Source: an uncultured Candidatus Saccharibacteria bacterium | GTDB lineage: Bacteria; Patescibacteriota; Minisyncoccia; Minisyncoccales; CAZBVF01 | NCBI GenBank assembly: GCA_964495335.1 | Contig: CAZBVF010000004.1 | Coordinates: 1-43,601, forward strand | Length of the DNA stretch: 43,601 nt | Direction of reading: 5' to 3' | In this document: piece by piece, positions 26,579 through 35,055 of the stretch | Numbering within the stretch: position 1 is the stretch's first letter | Layout of the letters: the number at the start of each line of letters is the position of its first letter | The notes under the pieces: model-generated | The model's input: only the letters and a program-made list of their open reading frames with translations | Database searches by the model: none | Told to the model about the DNA's origin: nothing | Made by a program: the position numbers and the translations under genes

Positions 26579-27511
26579 ATGATTCCTTTACCTTCTAAAC
26601 CAAAAATAATTGAAAAAGGAGAAAACGAAGCCTTAATTGAAATAGAGGGGCTTTATCCCGGATATGGGATGACTATTGGAAATTCCTTGAGAAGAGTTTT
26701 GCTTTCTTCTCTGGAAGGAGCAGCTATTACCCGCGTTAAAATAAAAGGAGCTAATCACGAATTTTCAACCATACCAAACGTTTCAGAAGATGTAATAAAT
26801 ATAATTTTAAACTTGAAACAGTTAAGATTTAAACTTTTCGATCCAGAACCTCAAAAAGCAACTCTTTTTGTTAAGGGAGAAAAGAAAGTGAAAGCCTCTG
26901 ACTTTAAACTTCCAACGCAAGTTGAGTTAGTTAGTAAAGATTTGCCTGTTTGTACATTGACTTCAAAGTCAGCGGAGATAGAGATGGAAATTACTATTGA
27001 AAAAGGGACTGGATATGAGCCGCTTGAGACAAGGAAAAAAGAAAAATCAGAAATTGGAGAGATTTCCTTGGATGCGGCCTATACCCCTGTGAGAAAAGTG
27101 TCTTTTAAGGTAGAGAATATGAGAGTTGGAGATAGAACTGATTATGACCGATTGAAAATAGAAATGGAAACGGACGGAACTATTTCTCCCAAAGAAGCTA
27201 TTGATAAAGCTTCTGAGATTTTAATAAAAAACCTAGAATCTATTAAGACTGAGCCTGAGGACAAAGAAGAAAAGAAAGAAGAAAAGAAAGAAGAAAAGAA
27301 AGAAAATAAGGAAGATTTAACAAAGATTAAAATTGAAGACATGAATCTTTCTTCTAAAACCTGCAATGTTCTTTTGGAAAATAGCGTAAAAACTGTTGCC
27401 GGACTTATTAAAAAGTCAGAAGAAGATATCCTTAGTTTTGAAGGTTTAGGCAAGAAAGGAGTTGGGGAAATAAAAAAAGCTTTAAAGAAAATGGACTTAG
27501 AATTAAAGTAA
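26579..27511 (+). CDS. rpoA: DNA-directed RNA polymerase alpha subunit with a Lys/Glu-rich interdomain linker
   Basis: 310 aa. NTD motif GNSLRRVLLSS, CTD helix-hairpin-helix LSSKTCNVLLENSVKTVAGL. Confidence 0.95.
   Translation: MIPLPSKPKIIEKGENEALIEIEGLYPGYGMTIGNSLRRVLLSSLEGAAITRVKIKGANHEFSTIPNVSEDVINIILNLKQLRFKLFDPEPQKATLFVKGEKKVKASDFKLPTQVELVSKDLPVCTLTSKSAEIEMEITIEKGTGYEPLETRKKEKSEIGEISLDAAYTPVRKVSFKVENMRVGDRTDYDRLKIEMETDGTISPKEAIDKASEILIKNLESIKTEPEDKEEKKEEKKEEKKENKEDLTKIKIEDMNLSSKTCNVLLENSVKTVAGLIKKSEEDILSFEGLGKKGVGEIKKALKKMDLELK
27266..27301 (+). repeat. Perfect in-frame tandem repeat (GAAGAAAAGAAA x3, encoding EEKK x3) in the rpoA linker
   Basis: Read directly from the sequence. It degenerates on both sides. 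Confidence 0.85.
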
Positions 27512-27515
27512 TTTC

Positions 27516-27866
27516 ATGAAAAAGCAGAAAAAAGGAAGAAAATTTCATAGGGAAAAGAGTCAAAGAGAATCATTATTAAGATTGGTGGCTGGTTCTCTTA
27601 TTCTTAAAGAGAGAATAAAAACGACCGAACAGAAAGCTAAAGAAGCAAGAATTTTGGTTGAAAAATCGATTACTCTTGCTAAAAAAAATGATCTTTCTTC
27701 AAGAAGAAGACTTCTTCGTAATTTTCCCGAAAAATTAGTCAAAAAATTAATTTCTGAAATTGCTCCAAGATATGAAGAGAGAAAGGGTGGTTACACCAGG
27801 ATCACTAAGCTTGGTCCGAGAATTTCTGATGGAGCTAGTATTGTTTTTTTTGAATTCGTTAAATAA
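27516..27866 (+). CDS. rplQ: 50S ribosomal protein L17
   Basis: 116 aa. LLRNFP...YEERKGGYTRI.KLGPR.DGA. Confidence 0.95.
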   Translation: MKKQKKGRKFHREKSQRESLLRLVAGSLILKERIKTTEQKAKEARILVEKSITLAKKNDLSSRRRLLRNFPEKLVKKLISEIAPRYEERKGGYTRITKLGPRISDGASIVFFEFVK

Positions 27867-27870
27867 TTTT

Positions 27871-28218
27871 ATGAAAAGAGAAACCCACAAAATTGATGCA
27901 AGCGGAAAAATTCTAGGAAGATTGGCTGTGAAAGTAGCTATTTTGTTGAGAGGAAAGCATAAGGCCGAATTTGTTCCCTATAAAGATGAGGGGGATTTTG
28001 TAGTTATTAAAAATATTAAAGATATAAAAGTTACAGGGAAAAAAATGGACGATAAAAAATATTACAGGCACAGCGGATATATTGGTTCACTAAAAGAGAT
28101 TCCGATGAAAAAACTTTTCAAGAGAGATCCTTCGGAAGTTTTTAAAAAAGCCGTGTTTGGAATGTTGCCTGATAATAAACTTAGGGCAGAACAGCTTAAA
28201 AGGTTAAAATTTGAATAA
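27871..28218 (+). CDS. rplM: 50S ribosomal protein L13 (short, 115 aa)
   Basis: Internal ATG of ORF 27760, 4 nt after the rplQ stop. IDASGKILGRLAVKVAILLRGKHK and YYRHSGYIGSLK. Confidence 0.9.
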   Translation: MKRETHKIDASGKILGRLAVKVAILLRGKHKAEFVPYKDEGDFVVIKNIKDIKVTGKKMDDKKYYRHSGYIGSLKEIPMKKLFKRDPSEVFKKAVFGMLPDNKLRAEQLKRLKFE

Positions 28219-28223
28219 AGAAC

Positions 28224-28742
28224 ATGCCGGAAACAAAAAAAACAACTAAAAAAGAAATAAAGAAACCTTCTCCCAAAAAAGCCAGCGTTAAGGAAAAGGC
28301 AGAGAAGAAAGAGAAGGTGGAAAAGAAAGAAAAGACTCCCGTTTCTGATGATTCTCGATACCTTGAATCAATCGGAAGAAGGAAAAGCGCCGTTGCTAGG
28401 GTTAGAGTTTGGACTAAGGGAAAGAAGGATTTTTTGGTGAACCAGAAACCTTTTAATGAATATTTTCCGACTCTAGATCTTCAGGAAAAAGCTCAGTCAG
28501 CTCTGGTTAAAATGAATTGTCTTGATAAGTTTAAGATAAGCGCTTTGGTTAAGGGAGGAGGAGTTAATGCTCAGGCAGAGGCTATAAGGCATGGAATTTC
28601 CAGAGCCCTTGTCAGCCTTAACCCCGACTTCAAAAAACGTCTTAAAAAATCAGGATTTTTAACAAGAGATTCTCGAATGAGAGAAAGGAAGAAATTTGGA
28701 TTAAAGAGGGCCAGAAGAGCTCCTCAATGGAAAAAACGATAA
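28224..28742 (+). CDS. rpsI: 30S ribosomal protein S9 with a ~40-aa Lys/Glu-rich N-terminal extension
   Basis: GRRKSAVARVRV..G, GGG..AQAEAIRHGISRAL, RD.R..ERKK.GL.RARRAPQ..KR. Confidence 0.95.
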   Translation: MPETKKTTKKEIKKPSPKKASVKEKAEKKEKVEKKEKTPVSDDSRYLESIGRRKSAVARVRVWTKGKKDFLVNQKPFNEYFPTLDLQEKAQSALVKMNCLDKFKISALVKGGGVNAQAEAIRHGISRALVSLNPDFKKRLKKSGFLTRDSRMRERKKFGLKRARRAPQWKKR

Positions 28743-28764
28743 AATTATTATTGTAAAAACATTA

Positions 28765-28799
28765 AACGTTCAGGTCCCAACGGGACAGGAACGTTTTTT
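28765..28799 (+). terminator. Rho-independent terminator of the ribosomal operon
   Basis: AACGTTC...GAACGTT outer stem with inner GTCCC-AAC-GGGAC, followed by TTTT. Confidence 0.7.
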
Positions 28800-28819
28800 A
28801 ATATGTTAAAATAATTATA

Positions 28820-29416
28820 ATGCAAAGATTAGGAAGAAAATTTTATACTAGAGAAACATTAACTGTTGCCAAAGAACTTTTAGGAAAACTAATGGTAAGA
28901 GTCCAGGATAATAAAAAAATGGTTGGAAGAATAGTTGAAACGGAAGCTTATATTGGACCTGAAGATAAAGCCAGCCATGCTTCTGGAGGTAAAATTACGG
29001 AAAGAAACAAGATAGAATATGATAAAGGAGGGCTTGTTTATATCTATCTATGTTATGGGATGTATTGGCAATTTAATGTTGTTACTTCAAAAAAAGAAAA
29101 ACCGGAATGCGTTTTAATAAGAGCTCTTGAGCCCGTTGAAGGTATTAATCCTGAAGGCAATACGGAAAAGAAAAGGCTTAATTTTTTAAGAAAAAATTGT
29201 GCCGGTCCGGGAAGGCTTTGCAGGTGGATGAATCTTGACAAGTCTTTTAATGGTGAGGATTTGGTTACTTCAAAAAGAATTTGGATCGAAAAGGGGATTG
29301 AAATTAAAAAAAAGCAGATTGCTGCTTCAAAGAGAATCGGGATTGATTATGCGGGGGGATGGGCTAAAAAACCCTGGAGATTTTATATTAAAGACAATCC
29401 TTTTGCTTCGGTTTGA
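28820..29416 (+). CDS. mpg: DNA-3-methyladenine glycosylase (Mpg/AAG family)
   Basis: 198 aa. VAKELLGK.L, GRIVETEAY.G.EDKASHA, YIYL.YGMYW.FNVV, and GPGRLC motifs. Confidence 0.85.
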   Translation: MQRLGRKFYTRETLTVAKELLGKLMVRVQDNKKMVGRIVETEAYIGPEDKASHASGGKITERNKIEYDKGGLVYIYLCYGMYWQFNVVTSKKEKPECVLIRALEPVEGINPEGNTEKKRLNFLRKNCAGPGRLCRWMNLDKSFNGEDLVTSKRIWIEKGIEIKKKQIAASKRIGIDYAGGWAKKPWRFYIKDNPFASV

Positions 29417-29417
29417 G

Positions 29418-30713
29418 TTATGGAATTAGCTGGTTTTCCGAAGAATAAAGATTGTTTTCGGAAAGAATGTAAACTTTTTTGTTTCTGTCGTTCCATATCA
29501 TTTTTGGATTTTCAAAACTGCCCAACTCATAATTGTTTATCCTGTCTCTGTTGTCTATCTCAGAGACTTTAATGGTATTTCCTGCTGTGAATATTAAATA
29601 GTCCGGGTTAAGCCAAAATATGTTCTCTATGTTTTCTGAAAGTCTGGTAATGAGTATTTCTTCTCCGGCTTTTCTTGAAGGTTGTTCGTTTATATCTCTT
29701 AAAAAAAGAATTTTTATTTCTTTTTCAGAAAAAACAGCTAATTTATCTTCATTGAAAGATGCTTTTATTCCAGACACATTGTCAAATATTCTTTCAAATG
29801 ACTTGGATTCTTTATTGAGAGTATATAATTCATTCTCTTCTCTCAAGAAAAATTGCCCTGAAAAGATGTCAAGAATATATTCTGTTTCTTGTTTTACAGG
29901 AAAAGGCTCTTCTGTAAGTTTCATTTTTGGCTCAAAAGAATTTTCCGTTTGATAAAGATGCCCTGAATTATCAAGGTAATAAACTTTCCCGTTTGATTTC
30001 TTGTAAGATAGAAAATAAGAGGGGACTTTTTCTTTCTCTCTTTCTTCAATTAAAGGAGGAGATTTACTCAGATCAAGAGAAATTTCTCGAATTTGTTCTT
30101 TTAACCCAACAGTTAGATTTATCTGGTTTTCTTCTTCTTCAAAAGATAATTTAAGAAATTCTGCTTTTTCCGGATGGATATCTTCTTCGTTAACAAGGTA
30201 ACTTTTAATGTTTCTTTCTATATCAAACATTTTTAAGCTCCATTTTTCAGAATCGTTGGAGGAAGTCTCCAGGGTTATTATTTTTTCTTTATCGGGAGAA
30301 AGCCAAAAATCATTTACTTTTTTAGTTAAAATTTGGAATTGGAATTCTTTTGGGAAAAGAATAATATTTTTTGCTTCTGTAACAGAAGCTTCTTCAATTT
30401 CCAGCTCTTTTGCCCATCTTTTATATCCTTCTTTGGCCACCTCCACGTAATATGAGTTAGGCATAAGATTTTTTGTCAGAGCTGTTCCTGCCAGAAAAGA
30501 AGTTTTTTTCTTTAATTTTCCATCAAGATAAACTTCTGATGTCCTGGGTAAAGCTTTAATATACAATCCCCCTGTTTGGACAAACCTTGCTTTTCCTTCT
30601 TCCCAGCTAAAATCAAACCTATATCCTTGGCAATAAAGAATAATAATTGGAGTTAGGATTAGAAATAAAGCAAAACAGAAGAAAAATAGAAGAGTTCTGG
30701 TTTTCTTTTTCAT
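29418..30713 (-). CDS. Membrane-anchored PEGA-domain protein with a large extracytoplasmic beta-rich C-terminal region
   Basis: 431 aa. N-terminal TM. PEGA-like segment YIKALPRTSEVYLDGK...NSYYVEVAKEGYKRW. It is the only long - strand gene in the core region. Confidence 0.6.
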   Translation of the reverse strand: MKKKTRTLLFFFCFALFLILTPIIILYCQGYRFDFSWEEGKARFVQTGGLYIKALPRTSEVYLDGKLKKKTSFLAGTALTKNLMPNSYYVEVAKEGYKRWAKELEIEEASVTEAKNIILFPKEFQFQILTKKVNDFWLSPDKEKIITLETSSNDSEKWSLKMFDIERNIKSYLVNEEDIHPEKAEFLKLSFEEEENQINLTVGLKEQIREISLDLSKSPPLIEEREKEKVPSYFLSYKKSNGKVYYLDNSGHLYQTENSFEPKMKLTEEPFPVKQETEYILDIFSGQFFLREENELYTLNKESKSFERIFDNVSGIKASFNEDKLAVFSEKEIKILFLRDINEQPSRKAGEEILITRLSENIENIFWLNPDYLIFTAGNTIKVSEIDNRDRINNYELGSFENPKMIWNDRNKKVYILSENNLYSSENQLIP

Positions 30714-30745
30714 TGTTTTTCTATTATACCTTAAAATTTTCTATC

Positions 30746-30774
30746 TTGCCAAAAGGCTTAAATTAATTTAGAAT
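30746..30774 (+). promoter_or_regulatory. Putative promoter TTGCCA-17-TAGAAT placed for a leaderless murA mRNA
   Basis: -35 at 30746..30751, -10 at 30769..30774. Three consecutive ATG codons at 30779..30787. Confidence 0.45.
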
Positions 30775-30778
30775 AACA

Positions 30779-32089
30779 ATGATGATGAGCCAGTCTTTAA
30801 AAAACAGAGATTCTTCCAGTTTCGCAATTAACGGTGGAAAATCTCTTGAAGGTACCATTGAAGCAGGAGGAGCAAAAAATGCTTCTTTTCCTCTTTTGGC
30901 AGCCTCTCTTTTAACCGATGAAGATTGCGAGATATCAAATCTTCCTTTGATTGAAGATGTTTTCAGAATGATAGAGATCTTAAAAAGCATGGGGGTTGAG
31001 ATTGATTGGAAAGGGGAAAGAACTGTTAAAATTAATTCTAGAAATGCTGATCCGGGAAAGATAAAAGAGGAGCTGGTTTCCCTTTTAAGAGGATCTGTTC
31101 TTCTTTTGGGATCTTTGCTTTCTCGTTTTGAGGAAGTAAGGATTGCAAGGCCGGGAGGATGTTTAATAGGAGTTCGTCCCATAGATACTCACTTGGACGC
31201 ATTTAGGCAACTGGGAGCTACTATTAAAAAAACAGAAAAACATTTTGAAATCTCTTTAAAGTCAAAACCTTTAGAAAAGGAAATTATACTTGATGAATTG
31301 AGCGTTACAGCAACAGAAAACATTCTTTTGTTTTCTGCTTTAAATCCCGGTAAAGTAATTTTGAAATTAGCAGATGCTGATTATCCGGTTCAAGAACTTT
31401 CAAGATTCTTGATGAAGATGGGAGTCAAGATAGAAGGTTTTGGAACTCATAGCCTTGTTATTGAAGGTTCTAAAAAGCTTAAGGGGGTAAAACATGATTT
31501 AATGTATGATCCTCCCGAAGCGGGGAGTTTTATTCTAACTGCAGCTGCTAGTAAGGGAAATGTTTTGGTAAAGAATGTTGAGATTCCTTTTCTTGAATTT
31601 CCCCTTAAGAAGCTGAGAGATTTTGGAGTGCCGATAGAGATAGTTGAAAAAAAAGGGAATTTAGCTTCTGTTCGGGTAAAGCCTTGGGATTCTCTGAAGA
31701 TAAAAAAAATACAAAGTCTTCCTTACCCGGGCATTCCCTCGGACCTTCTTTCCGCTTTTGGAGTTTTATCAACTCAAAGTGAAGGATCTACTTTAATTCA
31801 TGATCCTCTTTACGAAAGCAGATTAAAGTATTTGGAAGAATTGACAAAAATGGGAGCGGAAATATATTTTGCTGATCCCCACAGGGCTATTGTAAACGGA
31901 CCAACAGAGCTTTACGGAAGAGAATTAAAGTCATTAGATTTGAGAGGCGGGGCAGCTTTGATTATGGCTGGGTTAATCGCTAAAGGAAAAACTATTGTAA
32001 AAAACATTTATCAAATTGACAGGGGATATGAAAAAATAGAAGAAAGACTGACTAAAATTGGAGCTGATATTAAAAGAATTGAATCTTAA
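30779..32089 (+). CDS. murA: UDP-N-acetylglucosamine 1-carboxyvinyltransferase
   Basis: 436 aa. GAKNA, active-site loop RPGGCLIGVRPID, and DLRGGAAL. Confidence 0.95.
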   Translation: MMMSQSLKNRDSSSFAINGGKSLEGTIEAGGAKNASFPLLAASLLTDEDCEISNLPLIEDVFRMIEILKSMGVEIDWKGERTVKINSRNADPGKIKEELVSLLRGSVLLLGSLLSRFEEVRIARPGGCLIGVRPIDTHLDAFRQLGATIKKTEKHFEISLKSKPLEKEIILDELSVTATENILLFSALNPGKVILKLADADYPVQELSRFLMKMGVKIEGFGTHSLVIEGSKKLKGVKHDLMYDPPEAGSFILTAAASKGNVLVKNVEIPFLEFPLKKLRDFGVPIEIVEKKGNLASVRVKPWDSLKIKKIQSLPYPGIPSDLLSAFGVLSTQSEGSTLIHDPLYESRLKYLEELTKMGAEIYFADPHRAIVNGPTELYGRELKSLDLRGGAALIMAGLIAKGKTIVKNIYQIDRGYEKIEERLTKIGADIKRIES

Positions 32090-32106
32090 TAAAAACTTTA
32101 AAATAT

Positions 32107-33117
32107 ATGTTTGTAAAAAAAATTGGTATTGATCTTGGAACATGCAATTCTCTTGTTTTCGTTCCTAACAAAGGAATTGTTTTAAGAGAGCCCTCAACTG
32201 TTGCCGTTTCTGTGGATGAGAACAAGATTTTAGCTGTGGGAGAAGAAGCTAAAGAAATGACAGGAAGAACTCCCGACACTATTAGAGTTTTTCGACCCTT
32301 AAAGGATGGTGTTATTGCTGACTTCAGAGTTACCCAGGCAATGCTTTCTTATTTTATAAAAAAAACGGTTCCTTCTTATCAGTTTTTCAAACCCGAGCTA
32401 ATGATTTCTATCCCGGCAGGAATTACTTCAACAGAAAGAAGAGCTGTTATCGAAGCTGCTATTGGTGCGGGCGCAAAGCAGGCTTATGTTGCCAAGGAGC
32501 CAATTTTAGCTGCTATTGGTGCCGGTATCCCGATTAATTCTTGTTCCGGGAATCTTATTGTTGATATTGGGGGAGGGACATCGGAAGTTGCCGTTATTTC
32601 TTTGGGAGGATTGGTTACTTCAAGCTCTGCTAGAGTGGGGGGAGATAAGCTAGACAAGGCAATATCCGATTTTATTAAAGAAAAATATAATCTTGCTATA
32701 GGAAATAAAACTAGCGAAGAAATAAAAATAAAGATAGGCAATGCTTTGAAGGTTAAAGATCCTAAAACTTTAGAAATAAGAGGAAACGACTTAATGTTGG
32801 GATTGCCCAAGACTATAAAGATTTCTTCAAATGAAGTTTCCGAGGCTATCTCCGATTCTTTGCAAGAGATTATTAAAGCCATAAAGCAAGTTTTAAGAAT
32901 TACTCCTCCGGAACTTTCCGCAGACATTATGGACAAAGGAATGGTGGTTTCGGGAGGAGGAGCGCTTTTAAAAAACATAGATAAGTTAATTGTAGATTCT
33001 ACCGGTGTTCCTTGCTCAATAGCAAAAGAGCCTTTATTCTGTGTTGCAAAAGGAACGGGTGTGGTTCTTGAAAACTTGGATCTTTACAAGAAGAGCATAA
33101 TGAGCAAAAGAAAATAA
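32107..33117 (+). CDS. mreB: Rod-shape determining actin homologue MreB (paralogue 1)
   Basis: IGIDLGTCNS, VDIGGGTSEVAVISLGG, and GGGALL motifs. Confidence 0.9.
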   Translation: MFVKKIGIDLGTCNSLVFVPNKGIVLREPSTVAVSVDENKILAVGEEAKEMTGRTPDTIRVFRPLKDGVIADFRVTQAMLSYFIKKTVPSYQFFKPELMISIPAGITSTERRAVIEAAIGAGAKQAYVAKEPILAAIGAGIPINSCSGNLIVDIGGGTSEVAVISLGGLVTSSSARVGGDKLDKAISDFIKEKYNLAIGNKTSEEIKIKIGNALKVKDPKTLEIRGNDLMLGLPKTIKISSNEVSEAISDSLQEIIKAIKQVLRITPPELSADIMDKGMVVSGGGALLKNIDKLIVDSTGVPCSIAKEPLFCVAKGTGVVLENLDLYKKSIMSKRK

Positions 33118-33136
33118 TTTTGCTCTTTTAATATTT

Positions 33137-34048
33137 ATGGTTATAGGGCATCATTTTCAATTAAATTATCTCAAAAAGTTAGCAGAATCGGGGAAGATCC
33201 CTCATGCCCTTTTGTTCTCAGGGGAAGATGAAATAGGCAAAAAAAAGATAGCTTTTGAGTTTGCAAGCATTCTCTTGAAGTGTGACGTAGAAAAGATTGA
33301 GAGCGGGAATCACCCCGATTTTTTATTTATAGAACCTGTTTCGCAGAAAGGGAGAGAAAATAAAATTCAAAAGCCAGAAATAAAAATATCCAAAATAAGA
33401 GAAATGGTTTCTTTTTTCAATCTCGGAACCTTTTCTTCTCCTTTTAAGATAGCGGTTATAGATGATACTCACTTAATGAGAAGGGACGCTCAAAGTTCTT
33501 TTTTAAAGCTTTTAGAAGAACCTAAAGGAAACGCTCTTTTTATACTCTTAACTTCTCTTCCCAAAACGCTTCTTTCCACCATTAGATCGAGAGCTCAAGA
33601 AATTAAATTTTATAGAGTTCCCGACAAAGAGATAGCAGACTGGCTAAAGAAAAAAAATATTCCAGAGAAGGAAATAAATGATATTGTTGATCTTTCTCGA
33701 GGGAAACCAGGTAGAGCCCATAACTTTATTTCAGATCCCGGGAAGATAAGAGAAGAAAAGATGAAAATTAAGGAAATTTTAAAATTGGTAAAGTCTGACC
33801 TCAAAACTAAATTTGAATATGCGGAAACTGCTAGCAAAAATCCCAGAGAATTGAAAGAAATACTGGAATTTTGGACCGAATATTTCAGGCAAGCTTTATT
33901 GAAAAAAGCGAGAGGGAAAAGTTCCGGGAAATATACTTTAGAGGAAACAGAAAAGATTTTAAAGTTGATTCAGAATTTAAAGAAAATTATATCAACAACG
34001 AATGTAAATCCGAGATTGGCTTTGGAAATTTTAATGATCGAGCTTTAA
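33137..34048 (+). CDS. holB: DNA polymerase III delta-prime subunit
   Basis: 303 aa. HALLFSGEDEIGKK, HPDF, IDDTHLM...AQSSFLKLLEEP, and TIRSRAQ. Confidence 0.8.
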   Translation: MVIGHHFQLNYLKKLAESGKIPHALLFSGEDEIGKKKIAFEFASILLKCDVEKIESGNHPDFLFIEPVSQKGRENKIQKPEIKISKIREMVSFFNLGTFSSPFKIAVIDDTHLMRRDAQSSFLKLLEEPKGNALFILLTSLPKTLLSTIRSRAQEIKFYRVPDKEIADWLKKKNIPEKEINDIVDLSRGKPGRAHNFISDPGKIREEKMKIKEILKLVKSDLKTKFEYAETASKNPRELKEILEFWTEYFRQALLKKARGKSSGKYTLEETEKILKLIQNLKKIISTTNVNPRLALEILMIEL

Positions 34049-34049
34049 T

Positions 34050-34078
34050 TTGACTTTTTATTTTAAAACTGATATAAT
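34050..34078 (+). promoter_or_regulatory. Strong sigma70 promoter TTGACT-17-TGaTATAAT
   Basis: -35 at 34050..34055, consensus -10 at 34073..34078 with extended TG. Confidence 0.6.
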
Positions 34079-34111
34079 AAAGTTATTAAAAATTTAATAA
34101 GGAGGAAGAAA

Positions 34112-34342
34112 ATGAACAAAGTGAAGGGACTTAGAATCGTTGTTGAAGATGGAGATGGAGAAAAAAGGTTGCTAATTATGGATGCACCTGAAGCTAGATG
34201 GTCGTATCCTGTAATTAAAAAGTTAATCTGGGCAACTTTTTGGCTTTTTAAAGATAATCTTATTTTCAAAAATCAAAAAACAAGAGGCCCATCTGAAATT
34301 CTTGAAAAGGATAATGAAGAAATTTTACTAAGGTTGGATTGA
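34112..34342 (+). CDS. 76-aa hypothetical protein in its own promoter-RBS-terminator cassette
   Basis: Perfect SD AAGGAGGA at 34099..34106, 5 nt from the ATG. I recognise no family. Confidence 0.6.
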   Translation: MNKVKGLRIVVEDGDGEKRLLIMDAPEARWSYPVIKKLIWATFWLFKDNLIFKNQKTRGPSEILEKDNEEILLRLD

Positions 34343-34359
34343 ATTATATAAAAAAATAA

Positions 34360-34389
34360 AAGAGACAGAATATTTCTGTCTCTTTTTTT
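34360..34389 (+). terminator. Rho-independent terminator (11-bp stem, 3-nt loop, T5)
   Basis: AAGAGACAGAA-TAT-TTCTGTCTCTT followed by TTTTT. Confidence 0.75.
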
Positions 34390-34432
34390 AATCTCGACAG
34401 AAACTTTAACTTTTGGTATAGTTTAAATAGTT

Positions 34433-34990
34433 ATGTCTTATAAAGAATCAATAGAAAAAATAAAGCCAGAACTTGAAAAAGTTGTTGATTTTTTTCGAGG
34501 AGAACTTGGAAAAATCAGAGGAGGAAAACCCTCTATTTCTCTTATTGAAGATCTAATGATTGATTGTTTCGGTCAAAAAATGCCTCTTAAGAGCTTAGCT
34601 TCTGTCACTTTACAAGGTTCCCGCCAGGTGATTATTCAGCCTTGGGATAAATCTTATTTAGAACCGATAGAGAAAACTGTTCACAAGTCAGATACAGGAC
34701 TTTCTCCTGTCGTGGAAAAGGATTTGATAAGAGTTAACTTTCCTTCTTTGACGGAAGAATTCAGGAAAGATTTATTAAAGCTTATTTCAGACAAGAAAGA
34801 AGAAGCGAGAAAAACAATTAGAAAATGGAGAGATGAAGCTTGGAAAGAAATTCAAGAAAAATTCAAGGACGGGGAGATAGGAGAAGATGAAAAGTTTAAG
34901 GCCAAAGATGAACTCCAGGAAGTGATTGATGAACAAAATCAAAAAGTTGAAGAAATCTCGGAGAGAAAAATAAACGAGATAAAAGAATAA
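34433..34990 (+). CDS. frr: Ribosome recycling factor
   Basis: 185 aa. IRGGKPSISLIEDL and PSLTEEFRKDL patterns. Confidence 0.95.
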   Translation: MSYKESIEKIKPELEKVVDFFRGELGKIRGGKPSISLIEDLMIDCFGQKMPLKSLASVTLQGSRQVIIQPWDKSYLEPIEKTVHKSDTGLSPVVEKDLIRVNFPSLTEEFRKDLLKLISDKKEEARKTIRKWRDEAWKEIQEKFKDGEIGEDEKFKAKDELQEVIDEQNQKVEEISERKINEIKE

Positions 34991-35055
34991 ATTAACAGAT
35001 CTTTTTCTGTCTGAAAAAAATTATTTCAGCAGGATAGCATTCTTTTTTTATTATC

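Noticed and set aside
27240-28340. Short periodic repeats that could superficially suggest a CRISPR or satellite array
   Set aside because: They are in-frame Lys/Glu codon repeats inside rpoA and rpsI. There is no repeat-spacer architecture anywhere in the window.
29414-29420. Tail-to-tail mpg/PEGA junction as a hidden bidirectional terminator
   Set aside because: Only 1 nt separates the two stops, and there is no hairpin at the junction.
29620-30450. Three plus-strand ORFs (110, 75 and 80 aa) in the PEGA gene region
   Set aside because: The 431-aa minus-strand ORF has a signal-anchor plus PEGA architecture and fills the whole interval. The plus-strand ORFs are fragmentary and Ser/Phe/Leu-rich.
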